DNA of 63,067 nucleotides, filler included, from Octopus bimaculoides (lineage: Eukaryota), in assembly GCF_001194135.2 (NCBI RefSeq). It is 3 parts of 3 records of this genome, joined end to end, with 100 filler letters (N's around TTAATTAATTAA, not from the genome) between each part and the next. Parts side by side here need not be neighbours in the genome. Positions count along the whole stretch, not along the records: positions 1 to 23,617 come from NC_068983.1; positions 23,718 to 40,901 come from NC_068991.1; 1 more part is not named here. One strand, written 5' to 3'. The position numbers were made by a program, and so were the translations under genes. Below are positions 13,380-26,575 of the stretch, piece after piece (positions within the stretch are counted from its first letter, which is position 1; each line of letters opens with the position of its first letter). The notes under the pieces are model-generated. The model was given only the letters and a program-made list of their open reading frames with translations, was not told where the DNA came from and searched no databases.

Positions 13380-14462
13380 GTTACTTTGAACAGTAACAAT
13401 GAATTTCTAAATGCTAAAGATGTAAGAATTTCATGTGACATTTTCCAGGGTACCTCTCTATCACCACTTCCCTCTTGTCTAGCCTTAATACCTCTCTCAA
13501 AATTGCTCAATAATGCGCAGTACGGTTATAAAATGTTTGACAACAATATAAATCATCTCATTTACATGGATGATTTAAAGCTATTTGCAAAAAATTACCA
13601 ACAACTCAAGGCCTTATAGCGATTGTTAAACGATTCAATGATGACATCAGGATGCAATTTGGCCTCGATAAATGTGCAAAAGCTACCTCTATGAAAGGAA
13701 AATTGACAGAAACATCTAACGTTAACCTTCACCAGCAGAATGTCATAAAAGAGTTAGAACCAGCGGAGAGCTAAAAATACCTAGGGGTAATTGAAGGGGC
13801 GGAAACAAACGTGCAGTGATGAGGGAAAGGATCAGAAGAGAATGTTATCGGAGGGTGAGAGCAATACTGAAGACAGAGCTGAATGCAAGAAACAGGATCG
13901 AAGCAATCAACGCTTTAGCCATACCAGTCGTGACTTACAGTTTCAATATCATTAACTGGTCAATTACTGAAATATGTAATGTTGACAGAAAAATACGAAA
14001 ACTGTTGACACTGCATATAATGCACCACCCTATAGAACGACTTTATCTGCCAAGAAGAGAGGAAGGCCGTGGACTTTTAGAACTGGTATCAACAATGAAT
14101 ATTGCCACTATTGGCCTGGACACCTACCCGAAAAACTCTGAAGACTTGATGTTAAAACTTGTCTCAAAACATGAAAGCGATAAAGCATCATACTCAGTAC
14201 CAAAACAAGTAAAGGAGTATCTAAGTCAATTCCGAATACAACAAATTCCAAAATTAGACGTACTAGAAACAAGCGCAGAAATCCCGTGTTAAAACTGCTG
14301 CCTTACATATTCTTACTGATAAATGGCAAGAAAAACCTCTCAATTGCAAATACCCAAAGAGAGCGGATAATGCCGATTTTGACAAAGTACTTACCCATCA
14401 ATTGCTGTTGGATTTTGGCTTAAAATCAGAAACAGAAGGGTTTATCATAGCAGCCCAAGGGG
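13380..14462 (+). mobile_element. R4/Dong-type non-LTR retrotransposon, RT region fragment (pseudogene)
   Basis: Reads DIFQGTSLSPL (GxFQGDSLSPL), INHLIYMDDLKLFAK (YMDD), FGLDKCA, KYLG, RIEAINALAIPVVTYSF, IERLYLPRREEGRGL and KSETEGFIIAAQ, with several stops and frameshifts. Confidence 0.9.
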
Positions 14463-14987
14463 CCCTGTTAGTGTATATTTTCATTCATGTGCCTTAACTA
14501 CAATATTAGAGCATTTTAGCTCTTATTTCTAGTAATATAGTTGTTTTTTTAAGACTCTAGTCACATTTAGTGACAGTTTTAATTCTCCTTTTTTTTTTTT
14601 GGTGAAACTTTGCAACCTGCTGTTTACATTAATTTTGTGTATACATATTAGCGAATCGCTAAATAATCCGTTAATTTGGATGACGAAAACATATATGTTA
14701 ATAGAGGAACAGGTCTGAAAATAGCCGAACACCAAGCTGGCTTAACTGATGGTGGCATCGGAAACTGCTGTAACTGACACGTCAGTCTTAAGTATTCCCG
14801 GTCGGTATATTTCGGACAATTATGATCCCTGTTAGTATATATGTTTTCATTCATGTGCGTTACCTGCAACATTAGAGCATTTCAGCTCTTATTTTTAGCA
14901 ATCTAAGTGTTTTTTTAACATCCTAGTTACATTCAGTGACAATTATAATTCTCTTTTTTGGTGAAACATTGCAACTTACTGTCTACA

Positions 14988-14994
<7 letters not shown>
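14463..14994 (+). repeat. Diverged direct repeat of about 170-180 bp (14463-14640 and 14827-14994)
   Basis: Both copies start CCCTGTTAGT.TATAT..TTTCATTCATGTGC and end GGTGAAAC.TTGCAAC...CTGT.TACATTAATT; roughly 80% identical by eye. Confidence 0.85.
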
Positions 14995-15037
<43 letters not shown>

Positions 15038-15039
15038 CA

Positions 15040-15140
15040 GGTGTATGTGTGGCTATGTGATAAGAAGTTTGCTTGCCAACCACATGGTTCAAAGCCTCCT
15101 GAGTAGATTTGGCAGGCAGAAACTGAAAGTAGCCAGTTGT
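15040..15140 (+). mobile_element. SINE family A head fragment with internal deletion
   Basis: GTGTGGCTATGTGATAAGAAGTTTGCTTGCCAACCACATGGTTC...GAAACTGAAAG matches the head of the 18438 copy. Confidence 0.65.
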
Positions 15141-15184
15141 ATATATACATACCCCCCACACACATATATATATATAAATATATT

Positions 15185-15308
<124 letters not shown>

Positions 15309-15377
15309 NNNNNNNNNNNNNNNNNNNNNNNNNNNNNNNNNNNNNNNNNNNNNNNNNNNNNNNNNNNNNNNNNNNNN

Positions 15378-15419
<42 letters not shown>

Positions 15420-15843
15420 GCTATAATATACTATCATGAATATATATACATATATGTGTGTGTGTATTTACAGATTTGTCGCAGTCACATTGTTTTATGA
15501 GTATAATTGTAGACAAATCATATAAGTAGGAGGTTTAACTTTTTATGAGTTAAACTGCCCGCGGGAAACTTTGTTAAACGAAGTGACAATTATATAAAAT
15601 AAGTTTTAAAATATCCTCAAGTATTATATTTGCACCTGTGTTTTGTTGCCATTATGTTTGTGGCAAGAAGAATTTTAGTTGTAATGACATTTTAACATCA
15701 CCAACATATTAATGATTCTTTGTGTAACTAAAGTGGTGAACACTGAACTATATAAATAATATATCTAATTATCTCAAAGATTATTGGTAATGACAGAGTT
15801 CAAAAACATCTCTCAGATTCTACAAACATTTAGGCAAAGCAAA

Positions 15844-16230
15844 ATCTATAGCAATGCAACGACTAATTATTATAATGGTTTAATCGAAAAGGGACTAACT
15901 ACAAAAAAGAAGAAGTTTATTAAAGAACAAGAGTGACAACCAAACAATATATAACAAAACATAATTTCGTTTAATCCTCCTCTTAATATCAAAGTGAAAC
16001 ATCTATAATAAATATTATTTGAAAATTAGTAAGACAACATAGGTTTTAAACACTACCATCAAATTTTATATCAAAATATATCAAACTTTGCTAATGTACT
16101 CGTCTCTTCTAAACTGGGTAAACTTAAACAAGTTATCCTTCAAAACAAATGACAGTACCTATAATTGTATGACCAGCAATTTTTGCTCGATTGAGTCAAA
16201 TTGTATGGTTAAAGATATTGTTTTACAGAG
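15844..16230 (+). pseudogene. Heavily decayed Penelope-like element (PLE) RT/GIY-YIG linker remnant
   Basis: Ordered motifs IYSNATTNYYNGLIEKG (cf. FNxAxPxYNxALxxSG), NIISFNPP (cf. IIWFNPP) and YNCMTSNFCSIESNCMVKDIVLQ (cf. the CNC...CPLxGxCLxxxVVYQ cysteine cluster preceding the GIY-YIG domain). Confidence 0.55.
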
Positions 16231-17091
16231 GATAAGAAAAACGAACCTCACCACCACTATCACTCACACTACTACTACAACTAATACTTCTACCGTAATA
16301 CAACTTTCCTTTATGGTAGTTCATAGAAAGGCAAGATTGTATCATTGTCATTATTCTTGCTCTTGAATGGCCTCCGGGCTGACTTCCCTAAATAAACATC
16401 CATGATAACAGGCGTTTTATTTTTCTATCAAGTCGATTGATCATGTTGAGGTTTCGTCAAGGCTTCTGGCTGAATATTGTTTCTCGCGTAGGAACAAGAT
16501 TGAAGATAGGACAGACACATAAGCAACAGCAATATTTTAAATACACATATCTCTAATATAGGAATCCACCTACACGATTTGAATTTATCTAATCGTCCTC
16601 TGTAGGAAGAAAAGCAAAGTTAGCTTAAGTAGGATTCAAACTCGGAATGTTAACTCATATGGTTATAGGTCGGTTTCTAACATTAGAGCCAGTCAAATAT
16701 TAAGATGGAACAGGGATGACTGAAACAAGTAAAAGAATAAAAGAATAAACTCAATGTACGGTATATGAATTTATATAATCCAGTTGTAAATACAAGAAAG
16801 TTCCTTTAATGAACTCGGTTACAAACCAAATAATAAATCAATAATTAAGACTGTAACGTGTAGTCCTATGCAGTTGAAATCCAATAAATTCAATCATTGG
16901 AAATTATGTCATTAGGAGTATAAAGAATATAAAGGAAGTCAGGGAGTATAAGATGAGTATATTTATTTCCCCAGTTGATATTCATAGGATGACGACCGTT
17001 TCACAGTCAACCTTATGCAAAAATAATTTATTTTAGTGTATGATAAATTATTTTACATGCCTGTACTAATACGTATGTTATAAAATACATA

Positions 17092-17139
<48 letters not shown>

Positions 17140-17395
17140 NNNNNNNNNNNNNNNNNNNNNNNNNNNNNNNNNNNNNNNNNNNNNNNNNNNNNNNNNNNNN
17201 NNNNNNNNNNNNNNNNNNNNNNNNNNNNNNNNNNNNNNNNNNNNNNNNNNNNNNNNNNNNNNNNNNNNNNNNNNNNNNNNNNNNNNNNNNNNNNNNNNNN
17301 NNNNNNNNNNNNNNNNNNNNNNNNNNNNNNNNNNNNNNNNNNNNNNNNNNNNNNNNNNNNNNNNNNNNNNNNNNNNNNNNNNNNNNNNNNNNNNN

Positions 17396-17436
<41 letters not shown>

Positions 17437-18437
17437 CGTGCGACGTTTTTCACACACATTTCCTCAGACAATTTCTCTCACAAGGTATCAGTTATCTCAG
17501 TGTTATGGTGACATAGACTTAGCCGAAACCAAATCGTTGCGGAACGATATTCTTAACCACACAGCCATATACGTATGTGTTTGCAATGGGAAGGTAAATT
17601 CATAAACTCTAGACATTGTGGTTTGTTGGATCCTTTACCTTTCCTATTCGAGCAGTGCTATTAGCAAAAGCATTTCAATTGTGACTATGCTATTGTATTT
17701 CAGTTGTTGTGTAATCCGAAATTGCTTTATCTAATGTGAATTTTTTAAGATGTGACGTGAGTTGAATTTTTTTTCTATTTTGCAATCCGAGGATCCACAT
17801 TGGGATTCCCTTGTTGACTGGATTCTTTCTCTATTATTATTATACAGTGCCAGTCAAGTACAGAAGGACGATACAATCGATTTTTTCCACTCTAAAATAG
17901 ATCTTTTCCCTATATTAAAAATCAATGGGGGTGCTGATGTGATAACCCATTAAGTCACAAAAGGGGTAGCACTCTGGGTTTTGGTATTCAAATTCATTTC
18001 AGTTAACTATTCATTTATTCTATTGGAGTCGATAAAATAATGCGTAATAATATATAGTGGTTAATTCAATTTACTATATAATTTCTGTCCGTAACTTTGA
18101 GCTTTTATTCTAAGCGAAAAAGTCATAATATTTGCTATTTAGACGTCATTAGAACAACAGGTAACAGTTTGCCAGTATAAATAACATATGGTTTTTGGTT
18201 GCGGTGTTTAAAGTAATGTGCTCATATTTCATCGTGGTCGACAACAATGTCATTATTCCAGAATAGAGAAAATGTGTGAAATTATGCCATTCAAAGAATC
18301 CCAGTATTCAAAAAATCTTCACATATCTCTGCAGAATAACTTAGTTGACTGTATTATCATAGCCCTTATATTGTATCCCTGAATCCGTGGCAGAGGTGAG
18401 ATACATCGTAACCTTTCATAGATTTTATCTACAAACT

Positions 18438-18840
18438 CAGGCGTGACCATATGATTAGAAGCTTGCTTCCCAGCCACATGGTTCCAGGTTCAGCCTCATT
18501 GCATGCCACCTTAGGCAAATGTCTTCTGCTATAGCCTCGCGCCAACCACAACCTTGTAGGTGAATTGATAAACGGAAACTGAAAGAAGCCCGTCTTAAAC
18601 GCGCGCGTGTGTGTATGCCTGTGTGTGTGTTTGTGTCTATTTTTGTCCCCTACCACCGCTTGGCAACCGGTGTTGGTGCGTTTACGGCCCTGTAATTTAA
18701 CGTTTCGGCAAAAGAGAGCCATAGAATAAACACTAGACTTTAAAAAAGGAATGAGGTCGATTCATTCAACTACACAAAAATCTCCAAAGGGTTGCCCCAG
18801 AATTGCCGCAGCCTAATGACTGAAACAAATAAAAATAAAC
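18438..18840 (+). mobile_element. tRNA-derived SINE family A, near full length
   Basis: Head CAGGCGTGACCATATGATTAGAAGCTTGCTTCCCAGCCACATGGTTCCAGGTTCAG with A/B-box-like spacing, internal TG tract, CCACCGCTTGGCAACCGGTGTTGGTG body and AATGACTGAAACAAATAAAAATAAA tail. Confidence 0.85.
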
Positions 18841-20049
18841 TGTTCTGGGTTTCTGGTTGAAGTTATTTACATTTGTTTTCAGTGCTAAAATCTGAAAACT
18901 GAATGAAATTTTATATACGTAGCAATTACTAATAGACTATCTTTAATTATAGAAAATATTGTTTTAAAACAGGACCTCATTTCGACTCCAGCTAACGTAA
19001 AATCGAGTTTGACTAACATTACTAACTGAATTAGAATGTAGCAACGTGTTAGAAGTGTTAGAGCATGGATAATTTTTATGTTCTGCGTACAAATCCCACC
19101 GACGCCAACTCTTTATTTTATCCTTTCAACATCGATGAAATAAAGTACCATTCAAGAAGCAGAGATCGATATAATCAGTTCTTCCCTGTGCCACCTCTCC
19201 ATCAAATTCTAACGTTGTAACTGCGTAAGTAATTATTAATTGCTAAATTATTCTTAATCGATTATACTTCGTCTCTCTTAAATTGGCTTTATGCCCAATC
19301 AAAGGGAAAATATTCATAATCTTATTTCTACTGCTTTTGCAATTGTTGTTGTGTAAATGTTTGCAGCAAATATTGACTTCAATAATTTATAATAGAGATT
19401 TGTTGAAGTCTCTTCACCGGAACGGACTAAGATTTTCAATTACAAGCTCTTGGCTGAAGCGGAAGTTAGTAAAATGCCGTGTTAAACCAAACAAGATTAA
19501 TTTCGAACACCGGACGTTGATTCTCTATTTGAAACTCTGATATATAACGAAACATTTGTAGTTTACTCTATCGATTCACAAAATGAACCATTTATATTTC
19601 TCACACCGTCACTACTTCCTGACTGACGTTTTAACAACTCCATATGTCTCAGGAAAATATCCAAGATATAATGTACCAATAGTGAATCATGCTGGCTATT
19701 TGTCCTATTCTCATGCTTACTTGGGACGAAACAATATTTTGCATAATAATGTTTGCAGAAATCTGAAATGGTAAATGATTTGAGCAAATTATTACATTGT
19801 ACGGCAAATTTCTTCTGCAAAATAAATAACCTAAAGAAAGAAAAATACATGTTGACATAACTCTACAACATTTTGTGTCGTTTCTTCGTTTTTTTGTTGT
19901 TGTTTTTTTTTCCTTTTTTATTTCAAACAGTAGTTTGCTATTTATATGTGCATACTCTTGGTATTAGAGACAATTACTGGACGATTCGCTGATAAGATGT
20001 ATACATTCATAAATTATGATCTCTATTGATTTTCTCAGTGTGATTAGAA

Positions 20050-20215
20050 GGATACCATTATATCGACCCAAATATACGATTGGTACTTATTTTAACGACC
20101 TCGGAAGAATGAAAGGCAAATTCGACCTCGGCATGATTTGAAATCAAAATGTAGATAGAGATAAATATACGCTACAAGGATTTTATTCCGTCATACCAAA
20201 ATGTCTACCAGCTGA
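20050..20215 (-). mobile_element. SINE family B copy
   Basis: TCGACCC...TGGTACTTATTTT...GAATGAAAGGCAAATTCGACCTCGGC is the reverse complement of the family B core. Confidence 0.7.
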
Positions 20216-23200
20216 CTGTCTATGAGAGAGTAATAAAAAATGTTTAATCATAAAATTTTAGTCAGCGTGATCATACAGCCATGGTTTAAACGTTGGTCTA
20301 CTAAATCATAAATAATCTAACAAAATAGATTTTATATTTACGAAAGGCTTACCGTGTAAACATGTTTCAAAGTAGCTCTGGAGAAAAAATCTATAAAATT
20401 TAGCTAACTCTGTATGTAAAGCACTATGAACGTGTAGTTCATTGTTCGGAATGTCTGCTAAAATTTGTGATATATGTAAGTCACTATCAGATTACGGGTC
20501 TGTAAGCATCATTTCAGTGGACAGTTAAAGAAAGTACTTATTTGTTGACCAAATCCCATCACTGTATTAAAATTAAACCGGCTGTGACTCCACTTCATGT
20601 TCACAAAGATACTGTATATAATGACATTGTGTATATGTCCACCTGTGACACAGTATTAGTTAAACTCTACAGTTATACTACTGCCAGTATAACATATAGC
20701 ATACCAAAAATGGTCAAAATGGCGCATAACAATAGACGATACAAAATTCCCACATGATTCACATCGATTAGTTGCTCTGAAGTAAGGCGTAATTAATATT
20801 TTCCTTCTTTATCTCTCTCTATTATTTCTTATGCCTCTTCTGCCTGAGACAAATATGCTGAAGCAAGTATCTCCTACTTTCGCTCTTCACATTTATCGCA
20901 GACAACAGCTTCTTTCTTCTGAGATGTTTGTAGCATACGTGTGTTTGTAGTAGTCGAAAAGTAAAATAGCTATTCAGAAGTCAAGGGTTTTCTCAAAGGT
21001 AATTAGAAGCGAAATTAAAATGGAATTATTTCAAAATGAATGAAAATCGAATCGCAGTTTGTGCTATCTTAGAACTCACACTTCCTCGAAAGCATCTAAT
21101 CACAGAAAAATATCACTTTCTGTTTCGGTATTCAATTCTTATTATTTCACGACAGGGGAATAGGACATTGTGGCTTTATAATTTGGCAAAGAACTTTCAA
21201 ATTGTAATCGAAATGATTCAGATTCGAGTAAGAATTGAAACAGTCAATAAAGCATTGATTCTTAACTTTACTGCAAACATCAACTGTTTCGGTAGGTTAT
21301 TACATACTTGTGTTTCCTCATCCCGATTCCTTCTCCCAAATACTTTAATTAACCATAATCTTGTAAGAACTTTACAAAACGTTTTGTTAATTGAGTTGTC
21401 AACCAGTAACATCAATGTCCTTAATTAAAACCGTTCAGTTTTCATTAGAGGTTTCCACAAGATAGTTTCTATTCATTGATTTTCTATTTTTCATGTGTTT
21501 CCTTAGATGATAATCGTTTCATCTAATTTCACAGAAGATATTACAGATATTTGTTGTGTTATTTTTTTACTGCTGACTAAAGAGCGTTTACTTTTTTCCT
21601 TTAATTCTTTCTGTTCTGTTCTTTTTATGATTAACAACTTCTTAATTATAGGAATTTTGAGTGAAAAGAACAATTTCTTTTTGTTACTAGACGGTACAAG
21701 GCAAGATCTATAATTGATGGTAAGTAGATATCGGATAGCTGGTCGAAGGTGCAACCGATCTTTGTATACAAAATAATGCGATTAAAAATATTGGGTTGAG
21801 ATCACAGTCAAGTAAATATAACCAAGTATTTGATAGATATTTATGTTATTGATTCACACAAGATGAAAGGTTAAATAAATATCTATAGGTATTGAAGCTA
21901 TAACGTAGAAATTGTAGTAAGGACTGGGAGGCATTTTTCGGGTGCTCTACCAATTCTGATTTCTATCGCTCTAATCACTCTATAATAATACATCCATTAC
22001 AATAGCAACAATAACAAGTTCTACGACGATGATGATGACGATGACTGCTACTACCAGCTCACGAAACATATACTTAGGTTTGTGTGTATACATATATCTG
22101 TTTGTATGCGTGAGTGTGTGCGTGTATGCACGCGCGCACGCGTTTGTGCGTGTGTGCACATGTGATTGTAAAAGTAAGAGAGGAAGAGAGGAAGACAGAG
22201 CACTGAGATCACTTATGTACACGTACTAACGTTTGTATGCACACATTTCTGACGAATCTTCTGTCGGTCTCAATGGTGAGCATTAAATTGGTTCGATCAA
22301 CAGAACTAGCTGTTCGTTAAATGAACGATGATGTGGCTGAGTATTTTGGGGCACATATTATTAAAGGAATATCCCAACAAAATCAGTACAAGACTGAACC
22401 CTTCAATCACACACTCGCACACTTGCACACTCGCACACGCACACACATGCACGAGTACACGCTCGCGCGCGCACACTTGCTCGAGGGCGCGAGCGCTCGC
22501 ACACGCATTCAAGTGCACTTGCAGTGGGCTGAAACCTGACATGATGACTGTACAAAACGATTCGATTATATTTCAATGAAAATGGCTGTGTTTTCTACAG
22601 AATCTTGTACTCTTATAATTTTCTCAATAACATTAAATTTGACACACAGTATCACGTACAATCCACACAACAGTCTTCAGTTTCCATCTACCTAAATTTA
22701 CTCGCGAAAATTTAGAAATGACTCGAAGTAATTGAAACAGCAACAAGGCCAAGAATAACAGAAGCTCGAACAGTAACCAAGCAACAATAACAACGATAAA
22801 GTCAACATACGTTTGCATGTACTTGCGATAGATATTCTGAGTTTTGAGGAGCGTTTTGAGGGAGCAAGACTTTTACATGGCGTATACTATACTACAGAGT
22901 TTTCTCATCCAATGCATTCTTCACACAGAAAGCCAATGGAAGTGAGCAAGACATTTTTTAGAGATTCAATTATTTCTAAGATGATAGGTACGAATTAATC
23001 TTCAGAGAATACCAAATGTTACTTGACTAAACTACTGCACATCGGGTTCGAGCGCAAAATCACAAGTGCAAGATTACTGTGGTCTTCACAGACTGGCCAT
23101 AACTGGTCAGGTAGTGAAACATACAGAATATCGTCTCTACTGTTATAAGATTTTATTAGTTACCTGATTGCGGAAACTGATATTCCATATCCCACATGTC

Positions 23201-23472
23201 TACGTAAATTGCCATCGGGTATTTAACAAGGGAAATACAGAGACATACCGAGAAACACACACACATACTGACATGCGCACGCACGAACTAACAAAGACAT
23301 ATACTGTTAAATACATACATGCGCCCATACATACATACATACATACATGTGTGCGTGTTTGTGTGTGAATTTCGGAAGAGTCATATGTATGTATTCATAC
23401 ATACATACATGTAATTGGCTGCCCTCCTTCTCTCGACATTGCTTGCTTTGGGCCAAAGTTACTAAGTTACTA

Positions 23473-23506
<34 letters not shown>

Positions 23507-23581
23507 GAAGCGGAGAGCTGGCAGAATGCTTAATAGTATTTCACCTATCTTTACGTACATACATACATATATACATACATG

Positions 23582-23617
<36 letters not shown>

Positions 23618-23717
23618 NNNNNNNNNNNNNNNNNNNNNNNNNNNNNNNNNNNNNNNNNNNNTTAATTAATTAANNNNNNNNNNNNNNNNNNNNNNNNNNN
23701 NNNNNNNNNNNNNNNNN
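23618..23717. other. Artificial assembly spacer (44 N + TTAATTAATTAA + 44 N = 100 bp)
   Basis: Counted 44 N, a 12-mer with stops in all six frames, then 44 N. The same structure occurs at 40902-41001. Confidence 0.95.
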
Positions 23718-23755
<38 letters not shown>

Positions 23756-24539
23756 TGTGTTGTGCATATATATACGCCTATCTAGTTTCATATTATGTGT
23801 TGATGTCTGTATATGGGTGTGTATGAATTTCAAGAAAATTGCAAACAGCACCATATCTGGTATTAACAACCCATTACAAATAAGGAAATGAACTTCTTAA
23901 AAACGCATCTCATTCTCTCTCATTGAATATAATTGTAGAAATGCACAAATTATTGTTTTCCTATTTCTTTTGGGCGAACTCATTGTGGCAAAATATTTCT
24001 AATCTGAAAGGTAGCAAGTACCTGATGAGAAAGAACACTGAATAACTATGTAACACCTGAAAGTTACGTAATGTGCATTCGGTGCAATTTTTGAAACGTG
24101 TGATACGTAACTACATTTTCCATTCCTTTCATTCACAGGCACACACACATACACACATATATGTGGACATGTGTATTTATGTATATGTAAGTATATATGT
24201 GTGTGCATATGTACGCATATCTATTAATCTATATATGCAAGATTAATTAATGCAAGCAGCCTTCATACTGAATGCCTTTTTATGAAGGCCCCTGCTTCTA
24301 CCTATTTCAGTTCGTCTTCATCCATCTTACTGTTTATTTCGATGTTTAAATCGGTAACCTCTATTTTCACAAGATACTAATGCCATACTTCAGTTTGGTT
24401 AACTGTACGGATCGAGACTCATTAAGTGAGTTTAGCAATAACTAAATATCACACAGAACGCGATACGAACCGTTCCCTTGAAGATTGGCAACGTGCAACA
24501 CTAGCCTATATGTAGCCAGACATTCAGTCTTCACTAGCT

Positions 24540-24715
24540 TAAAATTTTGGCACAAAGGCCAGCAATTCTTTGGGAAGGCCACTTATTTTATCACCCCCAT
24601 CCAACGAAAAGAAGAAATGCAAAGTCCACCTCAGAGGAGTTTGGAAGCAGAACATAAAGAGCCGTAAGAAATGATGCTAAGCATTTCGTCTGACTCGCTA
24701 GCTCGCTGCCCTCGA
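24540..24715 (-). mobile_element. SINE family B copy
   Basis: TTTTGGCACAAAGGCCAGCAATT...GCAAAGTCCACCTC...GCTAAGCATTTCGTC. Confidence 0.7.
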
Positions 24716-25484
24716 CCTATCTTAAATAGCATAAAATCTCCCACAAAATTACAGGCAACAGGATTTTTAAGTAATGTACAAAGCGACGGTTGCACTTGGA
24801 GCACCTTGGAATATATTTTTTCTCACGAATGGCTGATATGATGTTGAAGAAGAAGAAGAAAAAGAAGAAGAAGAAGTAGAAGAACTCGACCACGTAAGTG
24901 AATCCTCGAACATTGTCAATCCTGTGACATTGTAATGTTGCAAGAAAGTTTCATAAAGTCATTCATATCTCTTGCTGATATGTGCCAGTTGATCTTGCGC
25001 TATTTGCTTTTCCAATCAGAGGCGAACGAAAACAAGATGGTGTTAGTTTTTAGAGGTTATAGCATTGATAACGACTAACATTTAATTGGCGTGTTGCTCA
25101 CAACATAAGCTTTGTTATCATATTCAGAGTCAACATGAAACAGGTAAGTATCACGAATCAATTAACTGGCATTGATTAGTCATCAGTCAAAAGCAAATAA
25201 ATCTAAGCTAATTTGTCTGAGAGCTTATTAAATTTCTGATTGATTTTCCTGCTTGTTTAATAAGAAATTCTTCAATTCAATCGGCAAGAGTTTGTATATC
25301 ATTATTTCCATCTGTAGTCTAAAAACCAAGGTGATAATTCGCCATTTACATCTCCCCTAACACTTAATTAAATTATTTGCATGAACTCTGTTCCTCTCTT
25401 TCTTACTCGCCCTCCCTCTATCTCTCTCTCTACCATTTTCTCTCTGTCGCATAAACACACATAAATACACGATTGTTTATGGGT

Positions 25485-25822
25485 GTGATATCATTCTCCA
25501 TCGCGATTCCGTTCGACAGCATTCATCAGCAGGTTGATGATTTAGGTCCTTCATGAGCCGTAGCACTCATACGGTCAGAGCTTAACTCATATTACACGGC
25601 ATTTAAATGACTGCGATAAGACATCTCCCCTTTGGCTTTAAGAGCCGGTCCGTCGCGGGGTCAAACTTATTAGGTATTGCTGGAACTCCTTTACAACTGA
25701 GTGGACTGGATTAAAGTTGAACGAATTATTTTTGAGCAAGAACACAACACCTGGTTCAGGAATCGAAACCACGATCTTAAGATGGGGAGTGCAAGACCCT
25801 GACCACTAGGCCCGCGCCTTCA
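25485..25822 (-). mobile_element. tRNA-derived SINE family C
   Basis: Reverse-complement head GTGAAGGCGCGGGCCTAGTGGTCAGGGTCTTGCACTCCCCATCTTAAGATCGTGGTTTCGATTCCTG has A-box and B-box-like motifs but does not fold into a full cloverleaf. The 3' boundary is approximate. Confidence 0.65.
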
Positions 25823-26539
25823 CTCAGCTGGCTCGATAAAAAAAAAGAGTTATTGTTGTAAGCGGCGTAAATGCTGCAAGTGTGATTGGAGCCTGCCGTG
25901 TTTTTGCCATGCAACAGATGTCCGTGTTAGTTAGGCCACTGACATTTAGGAGCAGATAAAATGTTGTGACCTCTACATTAACAAAAAAACAAAAACAAAA
26001 AAAAAACAGAAAAAAGAGCTAGTTATTTCTCATCTTGCCACAGTTTTGAATTAAAAACGTGAACCAATTTACTTGTGCAAAAACGTTCAAATTTATCCTC
26101 TGGTTTTTTGGAAAGGCCTCATTCCCTTCATGCATAACAATTTATATACCTTACACTGCTGGCAGCGCTTACACCACTAAGAGTTATTGATTTGTTCTAT
26201 TTCTAGTATTTTTTTATGGAGGTCGGGTGCTATCTCACTGCGTGAGGTCCTAGGAAAACCTTATTTTCTATAATCTTAAGTCAATCCATACTTCATGAGG
26301 GAAATTGGTTAAATGGAAACCGGATACAAGTTTTATCATGCACTCTCTCTGACTGATTCTACTTGAGAATTAGTGCTTCACCTGCCTGTAGAATATTCGT
26401 TGCTGCTAATTCAATGACATAGTCATGCAGTTGATAAAACAAATTACACTTATACGCTGCTTTAACGGGCAAATCTGTCATAATCTTTCGCTCTCTCTTT
26501 CCCTCTCTCTCTCTAAATATATATATATATATATATATA

Positions 26540-26575
26540 CAGTGGGGGAAATAAATACTCGTACATGTCAAAATT
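26540..26575 (+). mobile_element. Possible orphan Tc1-like terminal inverted repeat at the end of a (TA)n array
   Basis: TA|CAGTGGGGGAAATAAATACTCG resembles the CAGTGGGG.AAA.AAGTATT starts of Tc1 TIRs. No partner TIR or transposase seen. Confidence 0.35.

Noticed and set aside
14746-14765. CTGATGGTGGCATCGGAAAC as a hammerhead core
   Set aside because: A9 is missing and no stem I, II or III pairing is evident.
19563-19771. Exon-like open segment bounded by AG and GT
   Set aside because: Weak splice signals, no recognisable peptide, and competing ORFs on both strands.
20800-21750. Purine-rich minus-strand stretch that looks like decayed coding sequence (ORFs 21036-21428 and 21503-21754)
   Set aside because: No family-diagnostic motif recognised; needs tBLASTx before any call.
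23662-23673. TTAATTAATTAA palindrome (also 40946-40957) as a biological motif or piggyBac site
   Set aside because: It is symmetrically embedded in exactly 44 N on each side, which marks an assembly spacer.
25750-25822. tRNA gene candidates (also 37560-37628 and 52386-52433)
   Set aside because: A/B-box-like motifs are present, but no complete cloverleaf or acceptor stem, and they continue into SINE bodies.
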